From positions 1,304,001 through 1,368,000 of the forward strand of contig CM075993.1 in assembly GCA_038087875.1 (NCBI GenBank): a stretch of DNA of 64,000 nucleotides, given 5' to 3'. Position 1 is the stretch's first letter. Each line of letters starts with the position of its first letter. The notes beneath the pieces were generated by a model that was not told the origin of the DNA, searched no databases, and worked only from the letters and a program-made list of their open reading frames with translations. Positions 11,997 through 24,510 of the stretch are shown here, piece by piece. The position numbers and the translations under genes were made by a program. This DNA comes from Malacoraja senta. Its lineage: Eukaryota.

Positions 11997-13688
11997 ATAG
12001 ACACACAATGCTGGAGTAACTCAGCGGGTCTGAAGAAGGGTCTCGACCTGAAATGTTATCCGTTCCTTTTCTCCAGTGATGCTTCCTGACCCGTTGATTT
12101 ACTCCAGCATTTTTGTGTCTACCTTTGCCACTCATGTGGGGTGATATTTAGTTTAGATAGAGCATGTTATCTCCTGCCCTCTCCCATCGGGCAAGTGGTA
12201 TTGGTGTGAAAATGCACACCTCCAGATTCAGGGACAATTTTTTCCCAGTTGTTATCAGGCAACTGAACCATCACTCATCAGCTAGAGAGCAGTACTAAGC
12301 CATTATATACCTCATTGGAGACCCTCGGACTATCCTTGACCAGACTTTGCAGGTCTTTATCTTGGACTAAACGTTATTCATGTTATTTCTCCTTTTTCAT
12401 CTATGTTTACACTGTGGATGGCTCGATTGTAATCATGTATTGTCTTTCCGCTGTGGTTAGCCCACAACAAAAGCTTTTCGCTCCACCTCGTTACACGTGA
12501 CAATAAACTAAACTCAAACTCAAAATATATTAACCATATAACCATATAACAATTACAGCACGGAAACAGGCCATCTCGACCCTTCTAGTCCGTGCCGAAC
12601 ACGTATTCTCCCCTAGTCCCATATACCTGCGCTCAGACCATAACCCTCCATTCCTTTCCCGTCCATATAACTATCCAATTTATTTTTAAATGATAAAAAC
12701 GAACCTGCCTCCACCACATATATTCCTGAATGTATTTCTGAAGAAGGGTCTCGGCATGTAACGTCACCTATTCCTTCTCTCCAGAGATGCTGCCTGTCCC
12801 TCTGAGTTTACGCCACCAGTCCGAAGAAGGGTCTCAACCCGAAACGTCGCTTATTCCTTCGCTCCATAGATGCTGCCTCACCTACTGAGTTTCTCCAGCA
12901 TTGATGTCCACCTTCGAATTTTCCAGCACCTGCAGTTCTTTCTTTTATTTCACTCCAGCTTTTTGTGTCTATCTTGGCTTTAAACCAGCATCTGCAGTTC
13001 CTTCCTACTACATATATTTTTGAAGTTTGAACGAATTTGTTTTGTTGTTTTGGACCACCCTTTTTATTAGAGGAGGGTTGTGTGACAGTCCAATGGTTTT
13101 CGTCCATTGCTTGTGTGATTGATTCAGTGAGCTGGTCTCTTGACTCCTCTAGTGGTGCGGTTGAGAAGGAGAATTCATTTCACCACCTCTCATTTTGTTT
13201 TTTTCCTTTCTGTCTCTGTGTGTGTGTGTGTGTGTGAGTGTCTTCAGTATTTGAACGATGCCAGGAAACCCAGGGCTGGTATTTGGAGCGGCAAGGATCA
13301 GGGGAGACGCAGACTTTTGCTGAGGGAATCTGTACTTCAATCAGACAAGGATATATTTGGATGCCACTGTGGAGAGAAGACAAGGAGAACTTCCATTGAC
13401 ACTCACTCAGTTGGAGAAGAGGAGCCCTTTGAGTGGCGAGCCAGCTGAATGTTGCTGCAGGATGGTCGTGCTGTTGTCTCTGTGACCAGGGCAGCTTTGG
13501 GGTCTGGATTTTGGCCACAGGCTCAGGGTCAGATCTTGGTTTTTGAGGAAGATTTTTGGAGAGAATATTAGGGGGACATTGAGACATCTATCTAGGGTGG
13601 GTGGGTGGGTTTGGTCAGAAATTGGTGTTTTTTTTAGATCAAGGGGCAAGGTTTGTAGTAAGTTTTTAATTTTTAAGGTGATTTTTAG

Positions 13689-13903
13689 TTTTTTGGGGGG
13701 GGGGGTTTGGTAGTTATATCTTGTCTGGGTGTTTTTTGGGGGGGGGTTTGGTAGTTATATCTTGTCTGGGTGTTTTTTGGGGGGGGGTTGGTAGTTATAT
13801 CTTGTCTGGGTGTTTTTTGGGGGGGGGTTTGGTAGTTATATCTTGTCTGGGTGTTTTTTGGGGGGGGGGTTGGTAGTTATATCTTGTCTGGGTGTTTTTG
13901 GGG
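13689..13903 (+). repeat. ~40-bp G/T-rich minisatellite, 5 copies
   Basis: Unit G(9-11)TT(T)GGTAGTTATATCTTGTCTGGGTGTTTTTT. Confidence 0.92.
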
Positions 13904-14039
13904 CAGATTGTAGAGTTTTAGTTGAAGTGGGGGGTTGTTGTTTTTTGGGGAGAGGGTCAGTTGTGTTGTTGTTGTTGTTGTTGTTGGGTCAGTGGGATTG
14001 AGGGAGGACTCTCACCCTCCTCCTGCTGCTGTTGTTGTG

Positions 14040-14335
14040 GAGATGGCGGGGAGTAGCTGCAGCCCCGGGCCCGGCTCTGGCGGCTCCTCTGGCGGCTCGG
14101 CTTCGGCCTCCAGCCCCGGGCCCGGACCTGGGCCTTGCAGCGGCGGCTCGGCCGCCTCCAACCCCCGCAAGTTCAGCGAGAAGATCGCGCTGCACACACA
14201 GAAACAGGCCGAGGAGACGGCCGCCTTCGAGGAGGTGATGAAGGATCTCAGCGTGTCGCGGGTGAGTGGCGGCGGGAGGCCGGGCGCGGCAATCACGCGA
14301 GCCCCAGGCTTTGCGGCCTAGTCAGGCCGGGCCAG
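14040..14335. promoter_or_regulatory. Small CpG-rich island over CRTC3 exon 1
   Basis: High GC and CpG density compared with CpG-poor flanks. Confidence 0.6.
14043..14261 (+). CDS. CRTC3: CRTC3 coding exon 1 (CREB-binding TORC_N domain)
   Basis: MAGSS...[42 protein letters not shown] start context; donor gtgagt at 14262, phase 0; CpG-rich. Confidence 0.93.
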
Positions 14336-14417
14336 ACTAAAGCAACAAGTCCACTCTCAGTAAAGTCGTCATTAAATAACTTGCTGCATTATATATTCCT
14401 AATAGTGATTCCTGTTT

Positions 14418-14705
14418 TAATTACAAGCATTACAGCATATTAAATATTGTCACTATTTGTAATATATTTGGCAAATAATTTGGTTGCACCTTAAACGTTT
14501 TAACTTTAATACCTTCTTAAATATTGTCATATTTAATGTCATATTAATTATATATCACATTAAATATGATAATATTTAGTATGACGTTAAATGTGACAAT
14601 ATTTAATAAGGTATTAAAGTTAAAACGTTTAAGTTGCAACCAGATTATTTGCCAAATATATTGCAAATAGTGACAATATTTAATATGCTGTAATGCTTGT
14701 AATTA
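14418..14705. repeat. AT-rich ~288-bp near-perfect inverted repeat
   Basis: taattacaagcattacagcatattaaatattgtcactatttg... / ...caaatagtgacaatatttaatatgctgtaatgcttgtaatta. Confidence 0.9.
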
Positions 14706-16837
14706 TCTAAACGTATTTAACTACAGAGACATGGAAATATATTGCATTGGTTGTAACTGAAGGACTTACAATAGAATAATATTTCCATATTTCCATAATA
14801 TTGCCCCTGATGTGTAGGAGTGGATGAAAAATTGGGGTAACGTAGAAATAGTGTGAATGGGCGATTGATTGTCGGTGTGGTTCAATGGGTCGAAGGGCCT
14901 GTTTCCGTGTATCTTTCAAGCTATTCAATCAAAAACCCCAATTGAAGAAATTCCTCCTCGTCTCTGTCTTGGTTTCCTGGTTTCCTGGTCCTCCAAAAAT
15001 ATTCCAAATGGAATTTAAACTGGAGGTGGCGGAGGGTGGACTTAGCAGTGGCACCTCATCCCAACAGCGTTCCACTCCCATTCCAGAATGTCCAGCCTGA
15101 CCTGGTCAGGAAGAGCAGAGGGTTGTTGTGGAGCAGAGGGATCAGAGCACAAGTACATACTGTCGTTCCTTGAAAGTGGTGCTGCAGATAGATAGGGTGG
15201 CTTTTGGCACACAGGCTTTCATCGGTCAGGGAACTGAGTATAGAGGTTGGAACGTCATGTTAGGTAAAGCTTTGTTTTGCATCGTCAGATAATACAAAAC
15301 AAGACGTTGGTGAGGTCGCACTTGTAGTACTGTGTTCAGTTTTGGTCACCTGCTGTGGGACATATAGCATTAAGCTAGAAAGAGTACGGATTTACGAGGA
15401 TGTTGCTGGGATTTGAGGGCCTGAGCTGTAGGGAGAGGTTTGGCAGACAGACTTTATTTCTTGGAGTGCAGGAAGCAGAGGAGTTACTTCGAGGTGAATA
15501 CAATCATGAGGTGCATAAATGGGGTGAATGTACAGAGTCTTTTTCCCAGGGTAGAAGAATCCAGAAAACATAGGTTTAAAGTGAGAGGTGAAAGATTGAA
15601 TAGAAAGCTGAGGGGCAACTTTTTCCACACACAGAGGGTTGTGAGTATATGGAATGAGCTGCCAGAGGAGGTAGTTGAGACGGGTACAGTACAGCATTTA
15701 AAATACATTTGAACAGGTAGATGGATAGGACGGGTTTAGAGGGATATGGGCCGCAGGCAGGTGGGACAAGCTTAGAACGTTGGTCGGCATGGACGAGTTG
15801 GGCCGAAGTGCCTGTTTCTTTGACTCTATGCCATGTGCTTAAACTGTTGGGCTCAGTTGCTTCTCTGTGGAATTCGGACTTAAATGTAGAGACCGCAGTT
15901 AAGGAATTTATTGATGATACCAAAACTGGCAGAGAGGCTCATGGTGAGGGGGAAACGTGTCACTGAGGGAGTTATCGATCGACCAGTTATGTGGAAACAA
16001 CATTGCCAAATGGAACGCAACCTGGAGATGATTAATGTGGATATTGATTGGGATGAGCTGTGGGGAGAGATTGGCAAGAGGCAGGAGTGACTACAGAGCG
16101 AAATGCTGGAGTAACTCAGCGGGTCAGGCAGCATCTGTGGAGAACATGGATAGGTGACGTTTCGGGTTGGGACCCTTCCTCCGACTAGATAGATTGGGTT
16201 TGTTTCCTGTGTACAAAGAAGGCTGAATGGGAACCCCAACTGAGGTGTACAAAATGATGAAGGGCATTCTAGATGGAATTCACTCACTGTATAAAACAAA
16301 ATTGTTTCCTCATTATGCCCTCCCAAGATGTGCACCCATTTATCCATGTCCCCTTCTCCCCCCATCCCCCCATCATCTTCCACCTTCATCCCTTCCTCTG
16401 GCTTCACGTTTCATCCCTCTTTCATTCCTATCTCCTTATCTCATGATATTTTTGTCTCTCCATCTCTGGCCTTTATCCAACCATTTGCCAATCAAAAATT
16501 CCTCTCACCTGTACCCATCTATCGCTCGTCAGGCTTTGTCCTGCCCCTCTTCTCTTCCGGCTTTCTCCCCCCTACTGCAACCAATCTGACAAAGGGTCCC
16601 GACCCAAAACATCACCTGTCCATGTTCTCCACAGATGCTGTCTGAGCTACTCCAGCATTTTGTTGCTTTTTTCCCCCACTGCCATGTTTGGTTTTGACAA
16701 GTGCCTTATCTCTCTGCTCTCTTGTCTATGATCTTGGAACAATGAGAATCGTTTCACCGCACCTGCTCTGTCTCTTCTTCATGATTATATATACTTAGAT
16801 CAGATCTCTTTGTAACCTGCGCTGCTCCGAGGAAAAC

Positions 16838-17490
16838 AATCCCTGCAACCGCAGGAGATGCAACACCTATCGCTATACCTCTTCCCTCGACTCTGTCCAG
16901 GGACATCCCCCCCCGACATTCCTTTAAGGTTAGGCATCTACTGTATCCGCTGTTCAAGATGTGGACTCCTATACATCGGCGAGACCAAGCGCAGACTGGG
17001 CGATCGTTTTGCGGAACACCTTCGCTCAGCCCACCTGAACCAACCTGATCTCCCAGTTGCAGGACACTTTAATTCTTCTTCCCAGTCCTACACAGACCTT
17101 TCTGTCCAAGGTCTCCTCCATTGTCAGAGTGAGGCCAAACACAAATTGGAGAAACAGCATCTCATGTTTCGCTTGGGCAGCTTACAGCCCAGTGGTATGA
17201 ACATTGATTTCTCTCACTTCAGGTAGCCCCGGCATTCCCTCTCTCTCTATCTCTCCCCCACCCAAGTCACACCAGCTTCTCATTTTCACCTGACAAACAG
17301 CTAACAATGGCCTGTTTCCTTTATCATCGTTACTTTTTTGCATATCTTTCATTCATTGTTCTTTATCTCTCCTAATCACTGTCTATATTTCTCATTTCCC
17401 TTATCCCTAACCAGTCTGAAGAAGGGTCTTGACCCAAAACATCACCCACTCCTCTTCAGAGATGCTGCCTGCCCGCTGAGTTACTCCAGC
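16838..17490 (+). mobile_element. Penelope-like element (Neptune-type) 3' fragment: Cys linker, GIY-YIG endonuclease, terminal repeat
   Basis: PCNRRRCNT linker, then GIYCIRCSRCGLLYIGETKRRLGDRFAEH...HFN...EKQHLMFRLGSLQPSGMN; followed by ctgaagaagggtcttgacccaaaac terminal unit. Confidence 0.88.
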
Positions 17491-20400
17491 TTTATCCCAG
17501 GTTTTCTATTCTATCCTGGATCAGAATTTCTTACAAATTCCTTATGCGCTCCCTCAAAACTACACTCTGGAGTTTAGAAGGATGAGAGGGCATCTTATTG
17601 AAACATATAAGATTGTTAAGGGCTTGGACACACTAGAGGCAGGAAACATGTTCCCGATGTTGGGGGAGTCCAGAACCAGGAGCCACAGTTTAAGAATAAG
17701 GAGTAAGCCATTTAGAACGGAGACGAGGAAACACTTTTTCTCAAAGAGAGTGGTGAGTCTGTGGAATTCTCTGCCTCAGAGGGCGGTGGAGGCAGGTTCT
17801 CTGGATGCTTTCAAGCGAGAGCTAAATAGGGCTCTTAAAAATAGCGGAGTCGGGATATGGGGAGAAGGCAGGAACGGGGTACTGATTGGGGATGATCAGC
17901 CATGATCACATCAGCTGGCTCAAATTGCCAAATGGCCTCCTCCTGCATCTATTGTCTATTGTCTAAAAGCCTTCGTGTTTGCTGAAATGTCCATTCAGAA
18001 CTGGATAATGTGCTCCACTCAAAGCCAAACATTGTAAAAGTTTACCAGTTCTTCCTTGTCTTTTATGTTTCTCTTTATAAAGCCCAGGATTCTGTTTCTG
18101 AACTACTAGGTATTGGTTTATTATTGATACAGTGAAAAGCTTTGTTCAACGTGCTATTCTGTCATACTATACACGGATACCATCAAACCAAACACAAGTA
18201 CTAGGTAGTGCAGCGGTAGAAACACAAGAGTGCAGAATATAGAGTTACAGCATTATACTTACGCAAAAAGTGCAGATAAATAAAAGTAGAAAGTCCACAA
18301 TCAGGAACGTAACAGGGAAGAAGCTGTTCCTGAATCTGGTGGTGTGCGTGCTGTCAAACTTCTGTGTCTTCTGTCCAACAGGAGGGGGGGGGGGGAGAAG
18401 AGGGAATGACAGGGGTGTGAGTGGTCATTGATTGCCAGTGTGCAGTTGGCAGTGAAGTGTAGATGGAATCGATGGAGGGGAGGCTGGCTGGTTTTTTTTG
18501 TGATGAAGTGGGCAGCATCCACGACTCTTTGCTAATTCTGTTGTCTTGGGCAGAGCTGTTGCCAAACCAAGCTACGATGCACCCGGATAGGATGTTTACC
18601 ACAGTGCGTCTGTAGAAGTTGGGAAGAGTTGCTGAAGACTTGCCGAACTTCCTTAAGGGCCTGTCTCAATTAGGCGATTTTTTGGGCGACTGCAGGGAGG
18701 GGAGGGGGGAAGGAATTGTCGATGTTTCGGGTCAAGACACTGCCACATCCAGAAACATTCATTCCTTTATGTTTGGTTTGATTGTACTCGCGTATAGAAT
18801 GACTTGACTGAAGAGCATGCAAACAAATGTATCACTGTATCTCAGTGCATGTGGCATAAATACCAAAGATAGACACAAAATGCTGGAGTAACTCAGCGGG
18901 TCAGGCAGCATCTCTGGAGGAAAAGGATGGGTGACGTTTCGGGTTGGCCCAATTTTCACATGTATACTATTTCTCCAAAGATACGGCCTGACCCGCTGAG
19001 TTACTCCAGCACTTTGTGTCTATTTTTGGTATAAATCAACATTTGCAGTGACATTAATATCAGTTTGTCTTTTGATCCAGATTCCAGCATCTGCAATCTC
19101 TTGTGTGTATCTATGTTTTCTCCCTGTACTTTGTCATCATTTCTCATTGCTTCTCATTTCCCTTTTTTATAAACCTTTGTATTTTCTCTGATCTGCCAGC
19201 CCCTCGTAAGAGCAAGCAGTATCTTTTTTTTACTCTATTTCCCTCCCCTCACTCGTGGGATTGTACCTGGGGTTGTAATATAAACATGTCCACTTTATGT
19301 GGAGAAGATGTTTCCACTAGTGGGAGAGTCTAGGACCAGAGGGCACAGCCTCAGAATAAAAGGATGTACCTTTTGGAATGGAGATGAGGAGGAATTTCTT
19401 TAGCTAGAGGGTGGTGAATCTGTGGAATTCATTGCCACAGAAGGCAGTGGAGGCCAATTAGGTATTTTTAAACCGGAGATTGATAGGTTTTTGATTAGTA
19501 AGAGCATCAAAGGTTGTGTGGAGGAGATTGGGGTTGAGAGGGAGAACCTGATCAATCATGATTGAATAGTGGTGCAGACTCAATGGGCCAAATGGCCTAA
19601 TTCTACTATGTATTCTGGTCTTTTAATGTTCAATCTTAGTTGTGCCTGCCAAGAAATGTGGCCAGTTTACCCAGATCTGTTCTCATCCAAGGAGAATTGG
19701 CTCTCCTCCCAGTGACTATTTTGACCTTAGATCTAAATCTGTTTCCAGAACTCTTTCTGAACTTTATGAGATATTGATGGCTTGACAGCTGGAAGCTATC
19801 ACTGGACTTGTTGGGGAGACACTACTGTGGCAAATGGAAGTAAGAGATGGTTTATGGGAAGATCAAACAAAACCAAGGAACAGGCAATGAGGTGGTTGGT
19901 TACGTGATGAATTGGTTAAGAAGAACACTTGTATTAATTGGCCAACACAACGATTAGACCATTGAGAGACACACAGTGCTGGAGAAACTCAGTGAGTCAG
20001 GTATCATCTTTGGAGAACATGGATAGGTGATGTTTTGGGTTGGGACCTTTCTTCAGGGAACCGACTCGAAACATCACCAATCCTTTTTCTCCAGAGATGC
20101 TGCCTGGTCAGCTGAGGGGGGGGGGGGGGCACAGTGGTCCATTGTTGAGTGTGGAAGAGGTGAAAACGAAGGGATATATGGATACAAACAGTGGAACTGG
20201 CAGGACTACTAGTGCCTGATTGGGTAGTCCATGTATCGGAGGCATCCAGGAAGGTGCTGCCTGATAGACCTTACATTATGAACCCATCTTGATCTTCATG
20301 AGGCAGACAAAAATGCTGGAAAAACTCAGTGGGTGAGGCAGCATCTATGGAGAGAAGGAATAGGCGACGTTTCGGGTCGAGACCCATCTTCAGACTGATA

Positions 20401-21191
20401 TCGGGATCTTCAAGAAATCTTTTTCATACAACTAAATCTAGAACCAAAAACCCACAGGGAAGAAGGGAAGATTTGATATTGAATCTTGGGACATTAAATG
20501 GAGCAGATAAAAGAGGTGGGGAGTAGTTACCATATTATTGTGTAGTTTATCATGATAATAGAAAAAGATTTAAGGATTACCGAGACTAAAGAGATTGAAG
20601 AAAAGCTTATTTTAAGTGTTATCTACTTGGGTAGATAAAGCAACCAACAATACTGGCCAACAGCAATGAGAGAACTGGTGTTTCAACTCCAGGAAAATAT
20701 ATTCTGATGAAACAGAAAGAACAAATTAAACAGTCATGAGACATGGATGAAAAAAAAGAGACTCGGGGGAACAATTGAGGGCAAGAATTTCCTCTCAGAA
20801 CAGAGGAGAGCATGATAAGAGAACACCAGGGGATCAGAAGTCAAGTCACGAAAAACAATTAGGAAGGTGAAACGGAAGCATGGAATTGAATGGTCAAGGA
20901 AAAAAACAAAATGATAAAGGAAAATTACAGACACATCAGTAAAATTTGCGATGCGTGGATGAGAATCCTTTCAGAATTAAAGGACGTTCCTTTGGGAAGT
21001 TGAGGAGGAATTTGTGGAATCTGTGGAATTCTTTGCCAGAGAAGGCTGTGGAGGCAGTCAATGGATATTGTTAAGGCAGAGATAGATAGATTATTGATTA
21101 GTACGGGTGTCAGAGGTTATGGGGAGAAGGCAGGAGAAGAGGGTTAGGAGGGAGAGATAGATCAGCCATGATTGAATGGTGGAGTAGACTT

Positions 21192-21846
21192 CAATTCAAT
21201 TCAAAGCACTTTATTCGTCTCCGAGGGGCAATTTAAAAGGGCGCATTACAGTAGCTTTTTAAAAAAAGGGACACAATCAACAAACATAAGCAGCACGCAT
21301 ACTGCACGATCAACCAACACACGCATTTCACAGACACACTGCACAATCACACAACACACACCGACCGCACATCAACATTCAACACATAGTAATAGTTTTC
21401 AACACATAGTAATAGTTTTTAAAGTGCTTCCTTAGTGCTTCAATTAAAAAGTGCATATAGAAGGTTATTTCATTTCATATGTTCATGAGTCAGTGATCAG
21501 CATTAAGAAGCTGGACAGCCCTGGGGATGAAGGTTGCCTTCCTCCTCTGTGTCCGGCAACCCGGACAGCGAAGTCTGCGTCCTGAGGGGAGCCACTCAAA
21601 CTCAGGAAACAGGATGTGAGAGGGGACCTGAAGAATCCTGCGTGTTAACTTTACAGACTGTTGGTCGCATAGGGCAGTGAGAGTTCGGACGGGCTGCTCA
21701 ATGATTTTTGAGCAGACCTTGACCACATTCAACAGGCGGTTTCTGTTTTGCAGGATGATGGAGTGGAACCAGCTAGTGAAAGAGAAAGTTATTACATTTT
21801 CAATGAATGCGTAGTAGAATGTGGTGAGAATGTCTTTGTTAATCCC
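21192..21846 (-). mobile_element. Rex1/Babar LINE 3' fragment nested in a CR1 tail
   Basis: SHILFPEFEWLPSGRRLR...TFIPRAVQLLN; (TTGAA)n tail; AGACTT duplicated at 21186-21191 and 21847-21852, where the CR1 tail resumes. Confidence 0.78.
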
Positions 21847-22535
21847 AGACTTGATGGGTCGAATGGCCTAATTCTGCTCCTATCACATGACCTTGTGAGA
21901 ATTGGTCATTAAGAGATATACTGGTGAATACTAAAGGAAATGTTTGAGATATATTACATTGGTAGAAATATTATATTGTTATTTTGCTTTGGTAGTTACC
22001 AGGGTGATAAAGTAGGTGGAGGTGACATTGGACGAGGAAATTAGTGTATTTTAAATAGAAAATTAAGTATCGACACTCAGTCTGAAGAAGGGTCTCGCAC
22101 CAAAAGATCACCCATTCCTTCTATCCAGAGATGTTGCCTGTCCCGCTGAGTTACTCCAGCATTTTATGGCTATCTTCAGTGTAAACCAGCATCTGCAATT
22201 CCATCCTACACATGGAGATTTATTAATTCAGCTAACCATACTTTAAAAAGAGATTAAAAACCCTGATGTGGGTGGACTATACCATTTGCATTAATAACAA
22301 ATAACTAAAAGAGTGATTCGAGAGAAGAAGGTATATTTAATCAGCTGTGAGATGTGGCAGCCAGCGAAATGGTGGAGAGCTGACCAGTCGTCTGCATTGA
22401 AGGTGAATGGAACATATTCAGGGAATTATAGACACCCTGGTTTAAATCAGTGATGGTGAAGATCACGGATACCTATTGAAGGTAAAAATAGAAGATGGCA
22501 GAAAGAGTGCTCTTACAGTGCGCTATAAATGCAAG

Positions 22536-23090
22536 CTCAGGCTCTATAAGGCGCTGATCAGGCCGCATTTGGAGTCCTGCAAGCAAATTTGGGCCCCATA
22601 TCTGAGGAAGGATGTGCTGGCTCTGGAGAGGGTCCAGAGGAGGTTTACAAGAATGATCCCAGGAATGAGTGGGTTAGCATATGATGAGCGTTTGACAGCA
22701 CTGGGCCTGTACTCGCTGGAGTTTAGATGGTTGAGGGGGGACCTCATTGAAACTTACAGAATAATAAAAGACATAGATAGAGTGGATGTGGAGAGGATGT
22801 TTCCACCAGTGGGAGAGTCTAGGATCAGAGGTCACAGCCTCAGAATTAAAGGGCGCTCTTTTAGAAAGGAGGAACTTCTTTAGTCAGAGGGTAGTTATTC
22901 TGTGGAACTCATTGCCACAGAGGGCTGTGGAGGCCAAGTCAGTGGATATTTTTAAGGCAGGGATAGACAAATTTTTGATTAAAAACAGGTATCAAGGAAA
23001 ATGGGATTAGAAGGCAGAGATCAGCCATGATTGGATGGCGGAGAGGACTCGATGGGCCGAATGGCCTAATTCTACTCCTATAACTTGTGA
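22536..23090 (+). mobile_element. CR1-clade LINE 3' fragment
   Basis: LYKALIRPHLE...WAPYLRKDVLALERVQRRFTRMIPG...YDERL..LGLYSLE...RGDLIETY...RGHSL, plus the gggccgaatggcct tail. Other fragments at ~15110-15830, 17560-17965, 19296-19620, 30700-30970, 41520-41895, 56080-56750. Confidence 0.9.
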
Positions 23091-24200
23091 AGCAGTGCTG
23101 TGGGGAGGGGCGGAAGAAAGGTTTTGTTTCAATTATTCCAAAATCAATGCTGCACTCAACTTCACCAGCAATATGTCAAATTAGTATTAAAACAGCACAT
23201 CTTTCAGCATTTTTGAATAACTTTTATGGAGACGGGACCCTTGTGTGGTTTTGAAATCTAAGCCAGCTGCAGGTTCCCTCAACACTATTGTATTTGGTGG
23301 TGTTTATCCAGCTTTCATACCAGAGACAAGGTGCAGTAGTGTGGATGCAGGACACCTTCTAACACTCCCATCGCAGCCATCTCCTGGAATCATAGGAACT
23401 CTTTGTGTATTGAAGCTCACAAGGCCATGAGAACACAAACTATCTCCAGTTATTAACTGGTTACCTTATCTATGCCTTTCATAACTTTATACACCTCTGT
23501 TCGCTCTGCTCTGAACCAATTCTCCAGAGAAAATGGTCCCCTACAATCATTCTGAAGAAGGGTTACGACCCGAAACGTCACCTATCCATGTTCTCCATAG
23601 GTGCTGCCTGACCCGCTGAGTTACTCCAGCACTTTGTGTCCAACCTCTCCTTATAGCTCATACACTCCAGTATATACACTCACTCCACTCTGCATACTGG
23701 ACAAATGAGGTACTGGGGCAGCAGCATGGTGCAGTGGTGGAGTTGCTGCATTACAGCGCCAGAGACCCGGGTTCAATCCCGACTACGGGTGCTGTCAGTA
23801 CGGAGTCTGTACGTTCTTCCTGTGACCGCGTGGGTTTTCTCCGTGTGCTTCGGTTACCTCGCACATTCCAAACAATTGCAGGTTTATAGGTTAATTGGTT
23901 TCTGTAAAAATGATCCCTAGTGTGTTGGATAGAACTAGTGTTCTGGTGATCACTGGTCGGTACGGGTTGTTGGAAACTATCGCCCGTGCCCAACATCCAT
24001 AGAAGCGAGGAGGAGGAGGGCAAAGTGGGAGAGTCTAGGACTAGAGGTCACAGCCTCAGAATTAAGAGACTCTCCTTTGGGAAGGAGATGAGGAGGAATT
24101 TCTTTAGTCGGAAGGTGGAATTCTGTGCCACAGAAGGCTGTGGAGGCCAATGGATATTTTTTAAGGCACAGATAGATAGTTTCTTGATTAGTATGCGGAG

Positions 24201-24510
24201 CGGCATGGTGGCACAGCGGTAGAGTTGCTGCCTTTCAGCTCTTTCAGCGCCCGAGACCCGGGTTCGATCCCGACTACGGGTGCTGTCTGTACGGAGTTTG
24301 TACGTTCTTCCTGTGACTGCGTGGGTTTTCTCCAAGATCTCTGGTTTCCTCCCACACTCCAAAGACGGGCAGGTTTGTAGGTTAATTGGATTGGTTTAAG
24401 TGTAAAAGTGTGTGTAGGATAGTGTTAATGTGTGGGGATTGCTGGTTGGTGCTGACACGGTGGGCCGAAGGGCCTGTTTCTGGGCTGTATCTCTAAAACT
24501 AAAAATTAAA
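24201..24510 (+). mobile_element. tRNA-derived SINE (HE1/V-SINE-like) with CR1-type tail
   Basis: A-box-like tggcacagcggtaga, B-box ggttcgatccc, central ggtttcctcccacactccaaagac, tail gggccgaagggcctgtttc...ctctaaaact. Other + copies at ~23717-23965, 27106-27390, 29398-29700, 48696-49002. Confidence 0.8.

Noticed and set aside
13249..13448. Possible extra exon after a (TG)n acceptor-like site (YLNDARKP...)
   Set aside because: No recognisable homology and no supported partner exon; may be 5' UTR or intergenic.
24201..24280. tRNA-like sequence with A/B boxes
   Set aside because: It is the head of a SINE continuing into a conserved body and LINE-like tail, not a tRNA gene.
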